Shown: positions 21,122-31,625, counted from the stretch's first letter. The stretch: DNA of 64,000 bases from an uncultured Gammaproteobacteria bacterium (GCA_963748045.1 CAVVIC010000014.1:282897-346896), one strand, 5' to 3'. The notes: generated by a model from the letters alone, not told the origin. Translations and numbers: made by a program.

Positions 21122-21612
21122 GAGGGTTTGCCGGCGTGCTGCCCGGCGACCCGCTGCTCCATGTCGTCGCGCGAGAGTTTCGTCACGGGTGCGCCGCCCT
21201 GGAACAACGTGCTCCACGAACGGCGCTTCACGAGCCACTCGTCACCTTCGCGCACGTAGACGTCGCGCACGAGCGAGACGTTGATCGGCGGTGCGCTGGC
21301 TTGCGGCGCCTCGCCGTCATGCGCGTACAGCATGCACACCCAGGCCGCATTCGCGCGCGTGTCGCTCTCGAAGTCGCAGGTGAAATTGATCACCGCGTGC
21401 AGTACGACGCGCGGGCCGCGGTCGCGGCGAAACGCATAGAACTCCTCGATCTCGGCGCGCCCCGTGTACGCGAAGCCTTCGCCGTCGAACACGGCGTCTT
21501 CGGTGTAGTAGCCGCCCGCGTTGCGCCCCCAGTTGAAGTCCACGTCGTGCCAGTAGCGCATGAGCTTCTGGTGCAGGTCGTGAAGCGTGTCGCGCTCTGT
21601 CGCGGTGTCCAT
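21118..21612 (-). CDS. SnoaL/NTF2-like fold protein
   Basis: This is the C-terminal 164 codons of ORF 21118..22734, starting at the ATG at 21612: MDTATERDTLHDLHQKLMRYWHDVDFNWG..YTGRAEIEEFYAFRRDRGPRVVLHAVINF... It is separated from the upstream homology block by about 40 nt and a frame change. Confidence 0.7.
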   Translation of the reverse strand: MDTATERDTLHDLHQKLMRYWHDVDFNWGRNAGGYYTEDAVFDGEGFAYTGRAEIEEFYAFRRDRGPRVVLHAVINFTCDFESDTRANAAWVCMLYAHDGEAPQASAPPINVSLVRDVYVREGDEWLVKRRSWSTLFQGGAPVTKLSRDDMEQRVAGQHAGKPS

Positions 21613-21653
21613 TTCGGCTGTGTGTGCGATTGTGGGGCGGCGCGGACCGGCGC

Positions 21654-22611
21654 CTACGCGGCCGCGTTGCGTCCAGCCGCCGCGGCTTGCTCGGCCGCGT
21701 CGAGCCCGATCAGGTCCGCGGCGTTCTGCGAGATCATGCGCCGGATCTGCGCGTCGGAGTACCCGATGTCGATGCAGGTGCCGACGATGTTGCGAAAGCC
21801 CGCAACGGGTCTGTCGTTGCCGGCCTGCCCCAGGTCCGAGGCCAGGATCGTGCGCTCGACGGTGCCGGCCTCGATCAGCTCCTCGAGTTCGACGGGCGAG
21901 CACATGGGCGCCTTGCCGCGGCGCATCTCGATGAACATGCAGAACGAGTGCTCGATGTAAGCGCCCATGCGCACGAGCTGCGCGGATGTCGTCGAGCGAG
22001 CAGCCGATCAGGAAGGTCGGATGGTTCACGAGCAGGCGTTTGACGCCGCGCTTCTTGGCTTCCTCGAACAGCGGGTAGATTTCCGAGATGTGCAGATGCC
22101 CGGCCGAAAGCACCACGTCGTGTTCTGCGATCATGTCGAGGATCGGTTTCACCACGTCGACCAGGCGGCCGTTCGCGTCGAGCACCGTGAGCGGCTCGGG
22201 ATCGAGCAGCGGTTTCGACGTGTGCGGAAAGCCCTTGGAGCGTGCGTTCGCGTCGATGTGGTTCTTGGCCGCGAACGTCGGCATCCACACGAGGCGCGCG
22301 CCGAGCTTGATGCCGTGATCGACGGCGTAGAGGTTGAAGCCGCCCGTCGCGTTGTTCAGCGGTACGCCCGACAGCAACGTCACGCCGAGATGGCCGAACT
22401 GCTTGTTCAGCAGTTCCGTGACCGGCGTCGCCGAGTAGTAGTGATCCTTGATCAGCATCGCGCGAAAGCCGGCGCCCGCGCATTCGTGGAGCGCTTCGAT
22501 GTGATCGAGCGAGCGCGGCATGACGGACGGCCCGCTGTGGCAGTGCAGATCGATGGCACCGACCAGCAACGAACTGACGCGCTCTTCGCGCGATGGGGCT
22601 GCGCTGGGCAT
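21654..22611 (-). pseudogene. TIM-barrel metal-hydrolase-like protein (DUF6282-like, tentative); one frame break near 21980
   Basis: MPSAAPSREERVSSLLVGAIDLHCHSGPSVMPRSLDHIEA..AMLIKDHYYSATP.. is in ORF 21118..22734. It continues as ..MGAYIEHSFCMFIEMRRG..ILASDLGQAGN.. in ORF 21654..21974. Confidence 0.55.
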
Positions 22612-22708
22612 GGCACGTATTGGAAATGAATCGCCGGCGCGGCACAAGCGGGCGCATATTGGCCCGCCTGCCGCTACACTTCGCCGCGAAGCTCCGGGGG
22701 AGTCTGCG

Positions 22709-23638
22709 ATGTCAGCACGAAAGGCCATCATCACCTGCGCGGTGACGGGATCGATTCACACGCCGTCGATGTCCCCGTACCTGCCGGTCACGGCCGACGA
22801 GATCGCCGATGCCGCCATTGGCGCCGTCGAAGCGGGCGCGGCCATCATTCACCTGCACGCGCGCAACCCCGTGGACGGGCGCCCCGATCAGAGCCCGGAG
22901 GCGTTTCGCCCGATTCTCGCGAGCATCAAGCGGCGCTCCGATTGCGTGATCAACATAACGACGGGCGGCGCGCCGACGATGAGCCTCGAGGAGCGCCTGA
23001 AGCCCTGCACTGTGTTCAAGCCGGAAGTGGCCTCGTTGAACATGGGCTCGATGAATTTCGGCCTGTTCGAGATGCTGAAGCGCTACAAGACGCTGCAATA
23101 CGAATGGGAGCACACGCTGCTCGAAGGCTCACGCGACCGCGTGTTCAGGAACACGTTCAAGGACATCGAATTCATTCTGACCACGTGCGCCGAGAACGGC
23201 ACGCGCTTCGAAATCGAGTGCTACGACATCGGCCACGTGTACACGCTCGCGCACTTCGTCGACCGCGGTCTCGTGAAACCGCCGTTCTTCGTGCAGAGCG
23301 TGTTCGGCATCCTGGGCGGCATCGGCGCGCATCCGGAAGACGTCACGCACATGAAGCGCACCGCCGATCGCCTCTTCGGCAACGATCTGCACTGGAGCGT
23401 GCTCGGCGGCGGACGCAGCCAGATGGAAGTCGCCTCTCTGTCCGCATCGATGGGCGGCAACGTGCGCGTGGGCCTCGAGGATTCGCTCTGGGACGGGCCG
23501 GGGCGCCTCGCCGAATCGAACGCGCATCAGGTGCGGCGCGTGCGGCGCATCATCGAGGGCCTGGGGCGCGAGATCGCCACGCCCGCGGACGCGCGCGCGA
23601 TGCTGGAGTTGAAGGGCGGCGACCGCGTCGCGTTCTGA
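22709..23638 (+). CDS. BKACE-family (DUF849) beta-keto acid cleavage enzyme
   Basis: The ATG at 22709 is preceded by GGGGGAG. Supporting segments: MSARKAIITCAVTGSIHTPSMSPYLPVTADEIADAAIGAVEAGAAIIHLHARNP..VINITTGG... The ORF is intact. Confidence 0.85.
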   Translation: MSARKAIITCAVTGSIHTPSMSPYLPVTADEIADAAIGAVEAGAAIIHLHARNPVDGRPDQSPEAFRPILASIKRRSDCVINITTGGAPTMSLEERLKPCTVFKPEVASLNMGSMNFGLFEMLKRYKTLQYEWEHTLLEGSRDRVFRNTFKDIEFILTTCAENGTRFEIECYDIGHVYTLAHFVDRGLVKPPFFVQSVFGILGGIGAHPEDVTHMKRTADRLFGNDLHWSVLGGGRSQMEVASLSASMGGNVRVGLEDSLWDGPGRLAESNAHQVRRVRRIIEGLGREIATPADARAMLELKGGDRVAF

Positions 23639-23651
23639 AGGTGGACCGCGC

Positions 23652-24567
23652 ATGTACGACCCGTCCGATCCCCGCTCGACGCTCGCGAAGTCTTCCGCTG
23701 CGCTACCCGCCGCGGGCGCGACGGCCGACGCCGAGTACGGGCTCTTCTACAAGGACCCGCCGACCGACGACGACGCAAACGGCAAGACCTGGTTTTGCCG
23801 CGGCCAGAATTTCGTCGTCGCGTACACGCAAGCCAAGCCCGGCGCAGGGTTCGCGCGCGACACTCAGGTCGACGAATACATGGTGCTGGCGACCCAATCG
23901 TGACACACCGATCCGCGCCGAGGCCGGTGCGCAGCGCGAAGAGACCGCGGGCTACGCGCTGCTGATCATGCCGCCGGGCAAGAGTCGCATCGTGTTGCCG
24001 AAGGGCGGGGTCGTCATTCGCCTGTACACGACGCGTTCGCCCGATCTCGCCGCGAAGTGTGCGAACGCCGCGTCGTACGCGCACCCGCACCCGAACATTC
24101 CGCCGCTCACGAACTGGCCCGCACCGCCCGGCGGCTTCAAGATTCGACCCTATTCGCTCGAAGTGCCGAAGGCGCCGGGCCGCTTCGGCCGCATCTGGCG
24201 GTGCACGACGCTGATGGTCAACGTGCCCGACGTGAACCTGGGTCCGCGCGACCTGAAGAAAGTCTCGCCGCACCATCACGACGACTTCGAGCAGGGCTCG
24301 CTCGTGCTGTCCGGCGAGTGGCAGCACCACATTCGTTGGCCGTGGACGGTGAACATGCATCAGTGGCGTGAGGACGTGCACGCCGCGGTCGGCGCGCCGT
24401 CATTGACCGTGATTCCGCCGCCGGCCATTCACACGTCGACGTGGAGCGCGCGGGGCGAGAACCACCTGATCGACATCTTCGCGCCGCCGCGCATCGACTT
24501 CTCGACGAACGCGGGCTGGGTGCTGAACGAGGCGGAGTATCCGCTGCCGCCAGGATCCGCGACCTGA
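23652..24567 (+). pseudogene. Bicupin-like protein of unknown function; one frame break near 23895
   Basis: ORF 23652..23903 (..WFCRGQNFVVAYTQAKPG..) continues in the frame of ORF 22942..24567 (..YALLIMPPGKSRIVLPKGG..VSPHHHDDFEQGSLVLSGEW..). Confidence 0.5.
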
Positions 24568-24578
24568 CGCGCGAACCC

Positions 24579-25959
24579 ATGCAGGACACCGTGCTCGAAA
24601 CGCAGGCGCGCGGCGGCGCTACGCAAACGGTGCAAGCCGCGGTCGCGGCGCGCATCGACGCCATCACGAGCTGGAAGGTGCGCTACTTCGCGCCGCTGGT
24701 GCTCGGGCTCATCATGCTCGGCGACAGCTGGGACAGCATCCTGATCGCCTACGTGATGCCGTCGCTGCGAGTGGAATGGACGCTCACGCCGCTGCAGATC
24801 GGCACGATCATCTCGGCCGGGTTTCGCCGGGCAATTCTTCGGCTCGCTGCTGCTCGGGCCCGCGGCGGAGCGCTTCGGCCGCATGCCGGTCTTCAATGTC
24901 GCCATCGTGGTCATGTGTCTCCTGTCGGTCGCGTGCGCGCTGGCGCCGGACCGCGAAGTGTTCCTCGCGCTGCGCTTCCTCGAAGGCGTCGCGATCGGCG
25001 GGGCGCTGCCCGTGTGCATCAGCTACGTCAACGAGCTGGCGCCGACGAAGACACGCGGGCGCTACTTCTCGCTGTTTCAATTCATCATGGTATCGGGCTA
25101 CTCGCTGGCCTCGATCGCGAGCGCGTACGTGATCCCGGCGTTCGGTTGGCGCGCCATGTTCTACATCGGCGCGGCGCCGATCCTGCTGATCCCGCTCGTC
25201 ATGCTCACGCTGCCGGAATCGCCGCGTTGGCTCGCGAAGCTCGGCCGCGTCGGCGCCGCCAACCAGGCGCTTGCGAGACTCGGCACGGTGCCGGTCGACG
25301 AACACCTTCCTCACGAGCGCGCGGACGCTGCACTGCGCATCCCGATGCTCGGTCTGTTCGCGCCGGCGTATCGCCGGCGCACCGTCGTCGTGTCGATATT
25401 GTGGTTCTTCGCGTCGATGGTGTCGTTCGGCTTGGCGACGTGGGCGCCGTCGCTGTACGTCGAGGTGTTTCACCTGAAGATCGAAGACGCGCTGCGCTAC
25501 AGTGCGCTCGCGGGCGCCATCTATCTGTTCGTGCCGCTGCTGTTCGCTGCGATCATCGATCGTTATGGGCGCCGGTGGCCGGGCATTCTCGGCGCGGCGC
25601 TGTCCTGCGTGTCCCTCGTGGGCCTCGTGCTGATCGACCACACACAAACGCCGCTGGTCGTCACGCTGATCACGACGGGGTGGGTGGCCGCGGCGTCCGG
25701 CTCGATCATCCTCTGGCCGTACTCGGCCGAGATCTTTCCCACCCACATCCGTTCGACGGGGCTCGGGCTCGCGAGCTCGCTCGCTCGCGGGGCTTCGATG
25801 CTGACGCCGCTGGCCGTAGCCGGCGTGCTGACGGCCTCGGGTTCCGTGCGCGTGGTGTTCGGGCTGCTCGCGATTTGCGCGCTGATCGTGACGCTGGTCT
25901 GGCTGCTGTTCACGCGCGAGACGGCGCGCAAGAGCCTCGAGGAACTGGGCGGCGGATAA
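24579..25959 (+). pseudogene. MFS transporter (sugar-porter/aromatic-acid-symporter-like); one frame break near 24825
   Basis: The N-terminus (MQDTVLE..YFAPLVLGLIMLGDSWDSILIAYVMPSL..) is in the frame of ORF 24441... The rest is ORF 24883..25959 (..LPESPRWLAKLGR.., ..EIFPTHIRSTGLGLASS..). Confidence 0.8.
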
Positions 25960-25979
25960 ACGCGGCGCGCGCGGCTAGA

Positions 25980-26870
25980 ATGGCTTCGATGATGAACCCG
26001 CCGATCCCACTGAACATGTATTTCGCGGCGCGGATCGAAGGCCTCGATCTGCGCGTGCCGTTCACGCCGAGCGAGATCGCGGCTTTCGAAGCGGCCATGG
26101 ATCGATACGGCGTGCTCGTGATCCCGAACCAGAAGTTCACGGACGAGGAGCAGGTGCGCTTCGCGGAGCAGTTCGGGCGCGTGGAGGACACGCCGACGCT
26201 CGTCGACCAGGGCCGCCGGCGCCTCGCGAACATGAAGATCAACGACATCTCGAATCTCGCTACCGACGGTCAGATCTTCGACAAGGACGACCGACGCCGC
26301 ATGTACAACCTGGGCAACATGCTCTGGCACAGCGACAGCAGCTTCAAAGCCACGCCCGCGAAGTACTCGATGCTGCACGCGCGCGTGATCCCGCCGTCGG
26401 GCGGCGAGACGGAATACGTCGACACGCGCGTCGCGTGGGAGCACCTGCCCGAGCAGACGAAGAGCGTCGCGAAGGATCTCGTCGCGGAACATTCGCTGAT
26501 TTTCTCGCGCGCGCAGCTCGGTTTCGACGCCTTCACTCCCGCGGAGCAGGAGCGCTGCACGCCGGTGCCGCAGCGCCTCGTGCGCCGCCATCAGGGTTCA
26601 GGGCGGCTCGCACTGTACCTATCGGCCCACATCGGCCGAATTCAGGGCTGGCCGACGCCGGAAGCGACGCTGTTGATCCGCGAGCTGACGGAGTTCGCGA
26701 CGCAGCGACCGTTCGTCTACACGCACACGTGGACGCTCGGCGACCTCGTGATCTGGGACAACCGCTGTACGATGCACCGCGGCTTGCGGTACGACGACAA
26801 GCGCCATCCGCGCGACCTGCGCCGCGTCACGCTCGAGGACGTCGCGCCTACGCTCGAACAACCGCTCTGA
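25980..26870 (+). CDS. TfdA/TauD-family Fe(II)/2-oxoglutarate dioxygenase
   Basis: This is the intact tail of ORF 24441..26870. Supporting segments: ..NLGNMLWHSDSSFKATPAKYSMLHA.. (HxD) and ..VIWDNRCTMHRG... Confidence 0.85.
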   Translation: MASMMNPPIPLNMYFAARIEGLDLRVPFTPSEIAAFEAAMDRYGVLVIPNQKFTDEEQVRFAEQFGRVEDTPTLVDQGRRRLANMKINDISNLATDGQIFDKDDRRRMYNLGNMLWHSDSSFKATPAKYSMLHARVIPPSGGETEYVDTRVAWEHLPEQTKSVAKDLVAEHSLIFSRAQLGFDAFTPAEQERCTPVPQRLVRRHQGSGRLALYLSAHIGRIQGWPTPEATLLIRELTEFATQRPFVYTHTWTLGDLVIWDNRCTMHRGLRYDDKRHPRDLRRVTLEDVAPTLEQPL

Positions 26871-26887
26871 CGTACGGGGGGCGGCGC

Positions 26888-28495
26888 ATGGTCGAGCGAA
26901 CGGTCACTGAAGCTCTCGTCGCACGCTTGATGGACGCCGGCGTGCGCCTGATCTACGGCGTGCCCGGCGGCGAGTGCAACCTCGATTTCATCGCCGCTAC
27001 GACCAAGCTCGGTGCACGCTTCGTGCTCACGCGCAACGAGACCGCGGCCGCGATCATGGCCTGCGTCACCGCGGAGCTCACGGGTACGCCCGGGGTTGCG
27101 ATGACGACGCGCGGCCCGGGACTCGCGGCCGCCGCGAACGGCACCGCGTACGCGGCACTCGATCGCGCGCCGCTGCTGCTGATCGCCGACGGCTACGAGG
27201 ACGTCGAGACCTACGTCAGCCACCAGCGCGTCGATCAAGCGGCCATGCTCGCGCCGCTGACGAAGGCGTCGTCGCACCTGCGCGGCGGAAATCCGTTCGA
27301 CGAGCTCGAGCGGTTGCTCGCGTGCGCCGTGGCGCAACCGCCGGGGCCCGTGTACCTCGAAGTCGCGGGCTCGCGCATTCGCGGCGCGGCGCCGGCCGCG
27401 ACCGCAGCGCGGCCGCCCAAAGCGGGCCCGGCCACACTGGATGCCGCTGCGCTGCAGCACGCGCGCGAGCTGCTTGCGCGCTCGAAACGCCCGCTCGTGC
27501 TCGCGGGCTTGCAGGCGCGCCTGGCGGGTCGCCCCGATGCGCTGCGCGCGGTGCTCGCGGTGAAAAACGTGCCGGTGCTCACCACCTACAAAGCGAAGGG
27601 CGTCGCCTCCGATCACGACGCGCTCGTGCTCGGCCACTACATCGGCGGCGTCGCGGAAGAAGCCGCCATGCGCGCGGCCGATCTGTTGCTGCTGTACGGC
27701 TTCGACCCCGTGGAGGGGCCGCCGCAAAAGTGGCGCTACCCGTCGACGCCGACCGTCGAGCTCACCGAGCACGCGTTCGAGCATCCGTTGCTCGTGGCGA
27801 ACGCGACGGTGGTCGGCGACATCGGCGCGGGGCTCACGGCGCTCGCGGATTCGATCCGCCCGCAGTGGACGGACGCGGAAATCGCGGCGATGAAGCGGGC
27901 GGTGTCGTCCGCAGCGCGTGTGCCGGTCGGCGCCGGAATCTCGCCGCAGCACGTCGTCGACGCCGCTTATGCCGCACTGCCGGCCGATTGCCGCATCACG
28001 CTCGACGCGGGCGCGTTCATGCTGCCCGTGTTGCATCTCTGGCGCTCCGCGGAGCCGAACCAGTCGTTGATATCGCGGGGTCTGTCGACGATGGGCTTCG
28101 CGTTGCCGGCCGCGATCGCTTCAAGCCTCGCCGATCCGACGCGCCGCGTCGTCGCGTTCACGGGCGACGGCGGCTTGATGATGTGCTTGGGCGAGCTCGG
28201 CACCGCAATTCAGGAGAAGTGCGCGCCGATCGTCGTCGTGTTCAACGATTCCGCGCTCACGCTGATCGGCGTGAAGCAGCGCCGGCGCAAGCTCGCGGCG
28301 GGCGGTGTGGACTTCGTGGACGTGGACTTCGCGCAGATCGCGCGCGGCTTCGGCTGGGACGCGCAGCGCGTCGAGCGCTCGGAGGATTTGCAGCCGGCGT
28401 TCGCGCAAGCGGTAGCGAGCCACCGCGCCACGCTGATCGACGTCGTGATCGATCCTTCGGAGTACGACGCGCAGATTCTCGCGCTGCGCGGCTAG
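26888..28495 (+). CDS. Thiamine-diphosphate-dependent enzyme (acetolactate-synthase-like)
   Basis: The ATG at 26888 follows GGGGGG. Supporting segments: MVERTVTEALVARLMDAGVRLIYGVPGGE.. and the ThDP motif ..FTGDGGLMMCLGELGTA..VVVFNDSAL... The ORF is intact. Confidence 0.85.
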   Translation: MVERTVTEALVARLMDAGVRLIYGVPGGECNLDFIAATTKLGARFVLTRNETAAAIMACVTAELTGTPGVAMTTRGPGLAAAANGTAYAALDRAPLLLIADGYEDVETYVSHQRVDQAAMLAPLTKASSHLRGGNPFDELERLLACAVAQPPGPVYLEVAGSRIRGAAPAATAARPPKAGPATLDAAALQHARELLARSKRPLVLAGLQARLAGRPDALRAVLAVKNVPVLTTYKAKGVASDHDALVLGHYIGGVAEEAAMRAADLLLLYGFDPVEGPPQKWRYPSTPTVELTEHAFEHPLLVANATVVGDIGAGLTALADSIRPQWTDAEIAAMKRAVSSAARVPVGAGISPQHVVDAAYAALPADCRITLDAGAFMLPVLHLWRSAEPNQSLISRGLSTMGFALPAAIASSLADPTRRVVAFTGDGGLMMCLGELGTAIQEKCAPIVVVFNDSALTLIGVKQRRRKLAAGGVDFVDVDFAQIARGFGWDAQRVERSEDLQPAFAQAVASHRATLIDVVIDPSEYDAQILALRG

Positions 28496-28509
28496 CGGCT
28501 ACTAGCCGG

Positions 28510-29546
28510 CTACTTCGGGCCGGCCTTCTGCATGTCCTTGCGCGCGGCGGAGAGGATGTTCTCCATGCCGCGGTTGCCTTCGTGGCACGCGTACTCGTAG
28601 ATCATGCCGTCGATCGGAATGAGCGGAATCTCGCCCGTCCACGGCGCCGTCCAGACGGTCGGGTCCTCGACCGTGAAGCGGTACATCAGCACGCCGGGCG
28701 GCACCAGCGTGAAGCGCTCGGTGACCTTCAAGTTCTCGTCGGCCGCGGCCATGCGGCCGAAGTAGCTCACCCCTGAAGTTCGTCGACTCGACGACGAGCG
28801 TGTCGCCTTCCCAGTGGCCGCGCGGATCGCCGAACCATTGCCGCACGTTCGCGGGCAGATGCGGCTTGCCGTCGGTCGGAATGCGGCGCACCTGGTGCAC
28901 CATCTCCGTGTCGATCGCGACCATGCCCTCAGTCTGCACGATCAGGTAGTTGTTGTTGTACGCCGTCGGCAGCATCGGCACGACGGTGCCGAACGAGACA
29001 CAGCGCGTCATCAGGTCGAGCGCCTGCGGCTCGTCGGACGGCGCCGGCATGCCGCTGTTCGCGACGGCGCACCCGGGCTTCGCGCAGCGAGCTTTCACGG
29101 CCTGCGCCTGCGCGGCCAGCGCGGCGCCGCGCGCCGGCAGTCAACGGCGGGACACGGCCGTTGCGCGGATCGATCACGATCGATGTGCGCAGGTTCGGCA
29201 GCAGCGCCGAGCCCGAGTCCCACCAGAACGCGTTGTAAGCGCTGAGCACGTCGCTCACGTCGTCCGTGCGGTTGTCGCGATTGTTGCGATCGAGCGTCTT
29301 CTTCACGAACGCTTTCGCTTCGTCCGCCGTGAAGAACTCCTTGTTGCCGAGCTCCGTCGGGCGGTCGAAGGGCGTGATCGTCTTGTTCGTCCACACGCCC
29401 TGGAGGTCGGGGTGACCGTCCGCGAGCCGAGGCATCGTCCATTTTGCCGCCGGCTTCGCGGGCGCGGTCTGCTGCGCGGCGGCGGGGCCGGCGACGCCGG
29501 CGATCAGCGTGGCGATGGCAGTGCAGGAAAGAATTTCACGCAGCAT
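28510..29546 (-). pseudogene. Secreted protein of an uncharacterised family (paralog 1); about 3 frame breaks
   Basis: Signal peptide MLREILSCTAIATLIAGVAGPAAAQQ, then ..DGHPDLQGVWTNKT.. (ORF 28929..29594), ..GHWEGDTLVVESTNF.. (ORF 28502..29098) and ..ERFTLVPPGVLMYRFTVEDPTVWTAPWTG.. (ORF 28510..28770). Confidence 0.6.
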
Positions 29547-29590
29547 AAGAGTTCCTCGCGTCGAACGCGGCCGGCTAGCGGCCGACGTGG

Positions 29591-30364
29591 TCATAGAGAA
29601 CGTGCTCGGCGAACGGAATGCACTTGAACTCCATCAGCTGCGCGCCGTCGTCGAGGCGGCGATAGAGCGGCATGCGGATCGTCCACGGCTTCGAAAAGAC
29701 CTTCGGGGTCTTCGATCGTCGCCTCGTACATCAGCACGTCGGGCGAGCGCAGCGTGTAGCGCTCGACGACGTGCAGCGAGTCGCTGTGATAGTTGCCGGA
29801 GCGGTCGAGCCAGGTGTCCGCGTTCTGGGCGGTCACGTCGACGACCAGCGTGTCGCCGTCCCAATGGCCGACGCTCCAGCCCATCCAGCTGTCGGCCGGC
29901 GCGGGCCCCGGGATCCTTCATGTGCACGAGCCGCACGGTGTCGGCGAACTCGTACGACAGCATGACCTTGTCGGTGCCCTGCACGATCTGGAACGGGTAC
30001 GACATGTACGTCGCACGCGGCACGCCCGGCATGTAGCACTTGGCTCTCGGGATCGGCCGTCCAACGCTGCTCGCGGTTCTTCTTGCGCTGCGCGACCGCC
30101 GCCGGCAGATACGGAATCTGGCCGCCAACCACGACGCTTAGGCCCGGCGGAATCGCGAGCAGCGCGCCGAGTGCGGGCGCCGGGCCGGCTTCGGCCGCGT
30201 GCGCTTCGAGATCCCAGTTGGCCGTGTTCAGCGGCCTGCCACATGCCGCTCAGGTTCGGCTTCTTGGCGCTCGACTGCGCGAATGTCGGCGCGGTCAGTA
30301 ACGCGGCCATGCAGACCGCGATCCATGACGACGATAGTCGCGACACGAAGCTTTCCCCCGTCAT
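29591..30364 (-). pseudogene. Secreted protein, paralog 2 of the same uncharacterised family; about 3 frame breaks
   Basis: ..KKPNLSGMWQ.. (ORF 29918..30364), ..GQIPYLPAAVAQRKKNREQRW.. (ORF 29833..30132) and ..GHWDGDTLVVDVTAQN..ERYTLRSPDVLMYEATIEDP.. (ORF 29591..29884). The motif order matches 28510..29546. Confidence 0.6.
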
Positions 30365-30372
30365 GGCGCGGC

Positions 30373-30767
30373 CTACTGCGGAGGCGCCGAGCCGCCGAGG
30401 AACAGCTTGTTGCCGTTCGGCAGCGTGATGTCGCGGCCGTTGGCGCGCATGGCGCCGTCGCGCGCGCGGTAGCCGTCGACGATGATCTCAGTGCCGACGG
30501 CCAACGAGTTCTTGTTGACGCCCATGCGGAACAGCGTGTTCGCGGTGCCGCCTTCGATGGCCCAGTCCTCGACCGTGCCGTCGTCCTTTTTCACGCAATG
30601 TGGATCCACGAATGCGGATTCATGAACTCGACCTTGGTGACGATGCCGCGCAGCTTGATCGGCTGATTCAGGTCGAACTCCGCGGCGAACGAATGGTGAG
30701 CGGCAGCGGGCGACGCGGCCGCGAGCGCGGCGAGCATGAACCCAAACGGCAATAACGAACGGTGCAT
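30373..30767 (-). pseudogene. DUF6152-like secreted protein; one frame break near 30600
   Basis: A hand-read N-terminus from the ATG at 30767 gives MHRSLLPFGFMLAALAAAASPAAAHHSFAAEFDLNQPIKLRGIVTKVEFMNPHSWIH. The C-terminus is in ORF 30373..30840 (..DDGTVEDWAIEGGTANTLFRMGV..). Confidence 0.6.
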
Positions 30768-30785
30768 TTTCAGTGACTCGGTGAG

Positions 30786-31019
30786 CTAGTGGGGGGGGGC
30801 TGACGCAGGAGGCGGGCCTTGCGGCAACCGCTCCCACCACAGCGGATTGTCGAAACTAGGGTTCAAGCTTATCAACAAGTTCGGCCCATCGAAACGATAC
30901 CAGCGAATGAAGCCGTCGCCGATCCACGCGGGATTCGACGCCGCCCGTACGTGGTGAATGACACGACCGGTCGGTTCGTCCACGGTGTAGGTGCCGTAAT
31001 ACCTTGCCATCGGACGCAT
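30786..31019 (-). pseudogene. Lipocalin-like (Lipocalin_5-type) domain, C-terminal half only
   Basis: YYGTYTVDEPTGRVIHHVRAASNPAWIGDGFIRWYRFDGPNLLISL matches the C-terminal half of lipocalin-like domain proteins. The space for the N-terminal half is occupied by the divergent gene starting at 31074. Confidence 0.4.
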
Positions 31020-31073
31020 TCGTTGCCGCGACCAAAGATATAATGTCGCGCAGAGTTACCACGGGGGCTTTCG

Positions 31074-31605
31074 ATGCTCTTAACACCGAACAGAACCGTG
31101 TGGCTCGGCACAGTCGTCGTCGGGCTGGCCTTGGCGGGCCCCCTTGCGGCCGTCGAACAGGGCGACTTGGCGCCGCCGTGGCAAGCGCGCGATTTCGCGG
31201 GGCACGCGGTCGACTTCCCGGCGGTCACGCAAGGCAAGCCGGCCGTCGTCGTGTTCTGGGCCACGTGGTGTCCGTACTGCAAGGCGTTCATGCCGTACCT
31301 GAAGAACATCGAGGCCGACTACGCGAAGCAGGGCGTGAAGGTCGTCGTCGATCAACGCGAAGGAAGACGGCCGCGGCGATCCGCGGGCATACGTGCAGGG
31401 CTTAGGCTTCTCGCCGATCGCCGTCGCGAATGGTGACGACATCGCGAAGGCCTACGGCATCCAGCTACATCCCGGGCCTCTTGATCGTCGACGGCAAGGG
31501 CAAGGTCGCGTACCGGCGGCCGTGGACCGACCTGCCGGCCGGCAAGACGGTGGCCGAGCTGTGGGACGGCCAGGTTCGCACGGCGCTCGACGCGCTCGTC
31601 CGTAA
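31074..31605 (+). pseudogene. TlpA/redoxin-like periplasmic thiol:disulfide oxidoreductase; 2-3 frame breaks; 3' end uncertain
   Basis: A signal anchor is followed by ..GKPAVVVFWATWCPYCKAFMPYLKNIEADYAKQGVKVV.. (CxxC). It continues in other frames (..GFSPIAVANGDDIAKAYGI.., ..IPGLLIVDGKGKVAYRRPW..). Confidence 0.7.
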
Positions 31606-31625
31606 TACTTCTGGGGGGAAGGACG

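Noticed and set aside
21118-22734. The 538-aa ORF read as one protein.
   Set aside because: It is a read-through artefact. Its N-terminal part is the DUF6282-like hydrolase, its C-terminal 164 codons are a separate SnoaL-like gene, and the middle is Arg-rich out-of-frame filler.
24441-26870. The 809-aa ORF read as one protein.
   Set aside because: Only its first ~125 codons (the MFS N-terminus) and last ~296 codons (the TfdA-like dioxygenase) look like real protein. The middle is out of frame with the MFS gene encoded by ORF 24883..25959.
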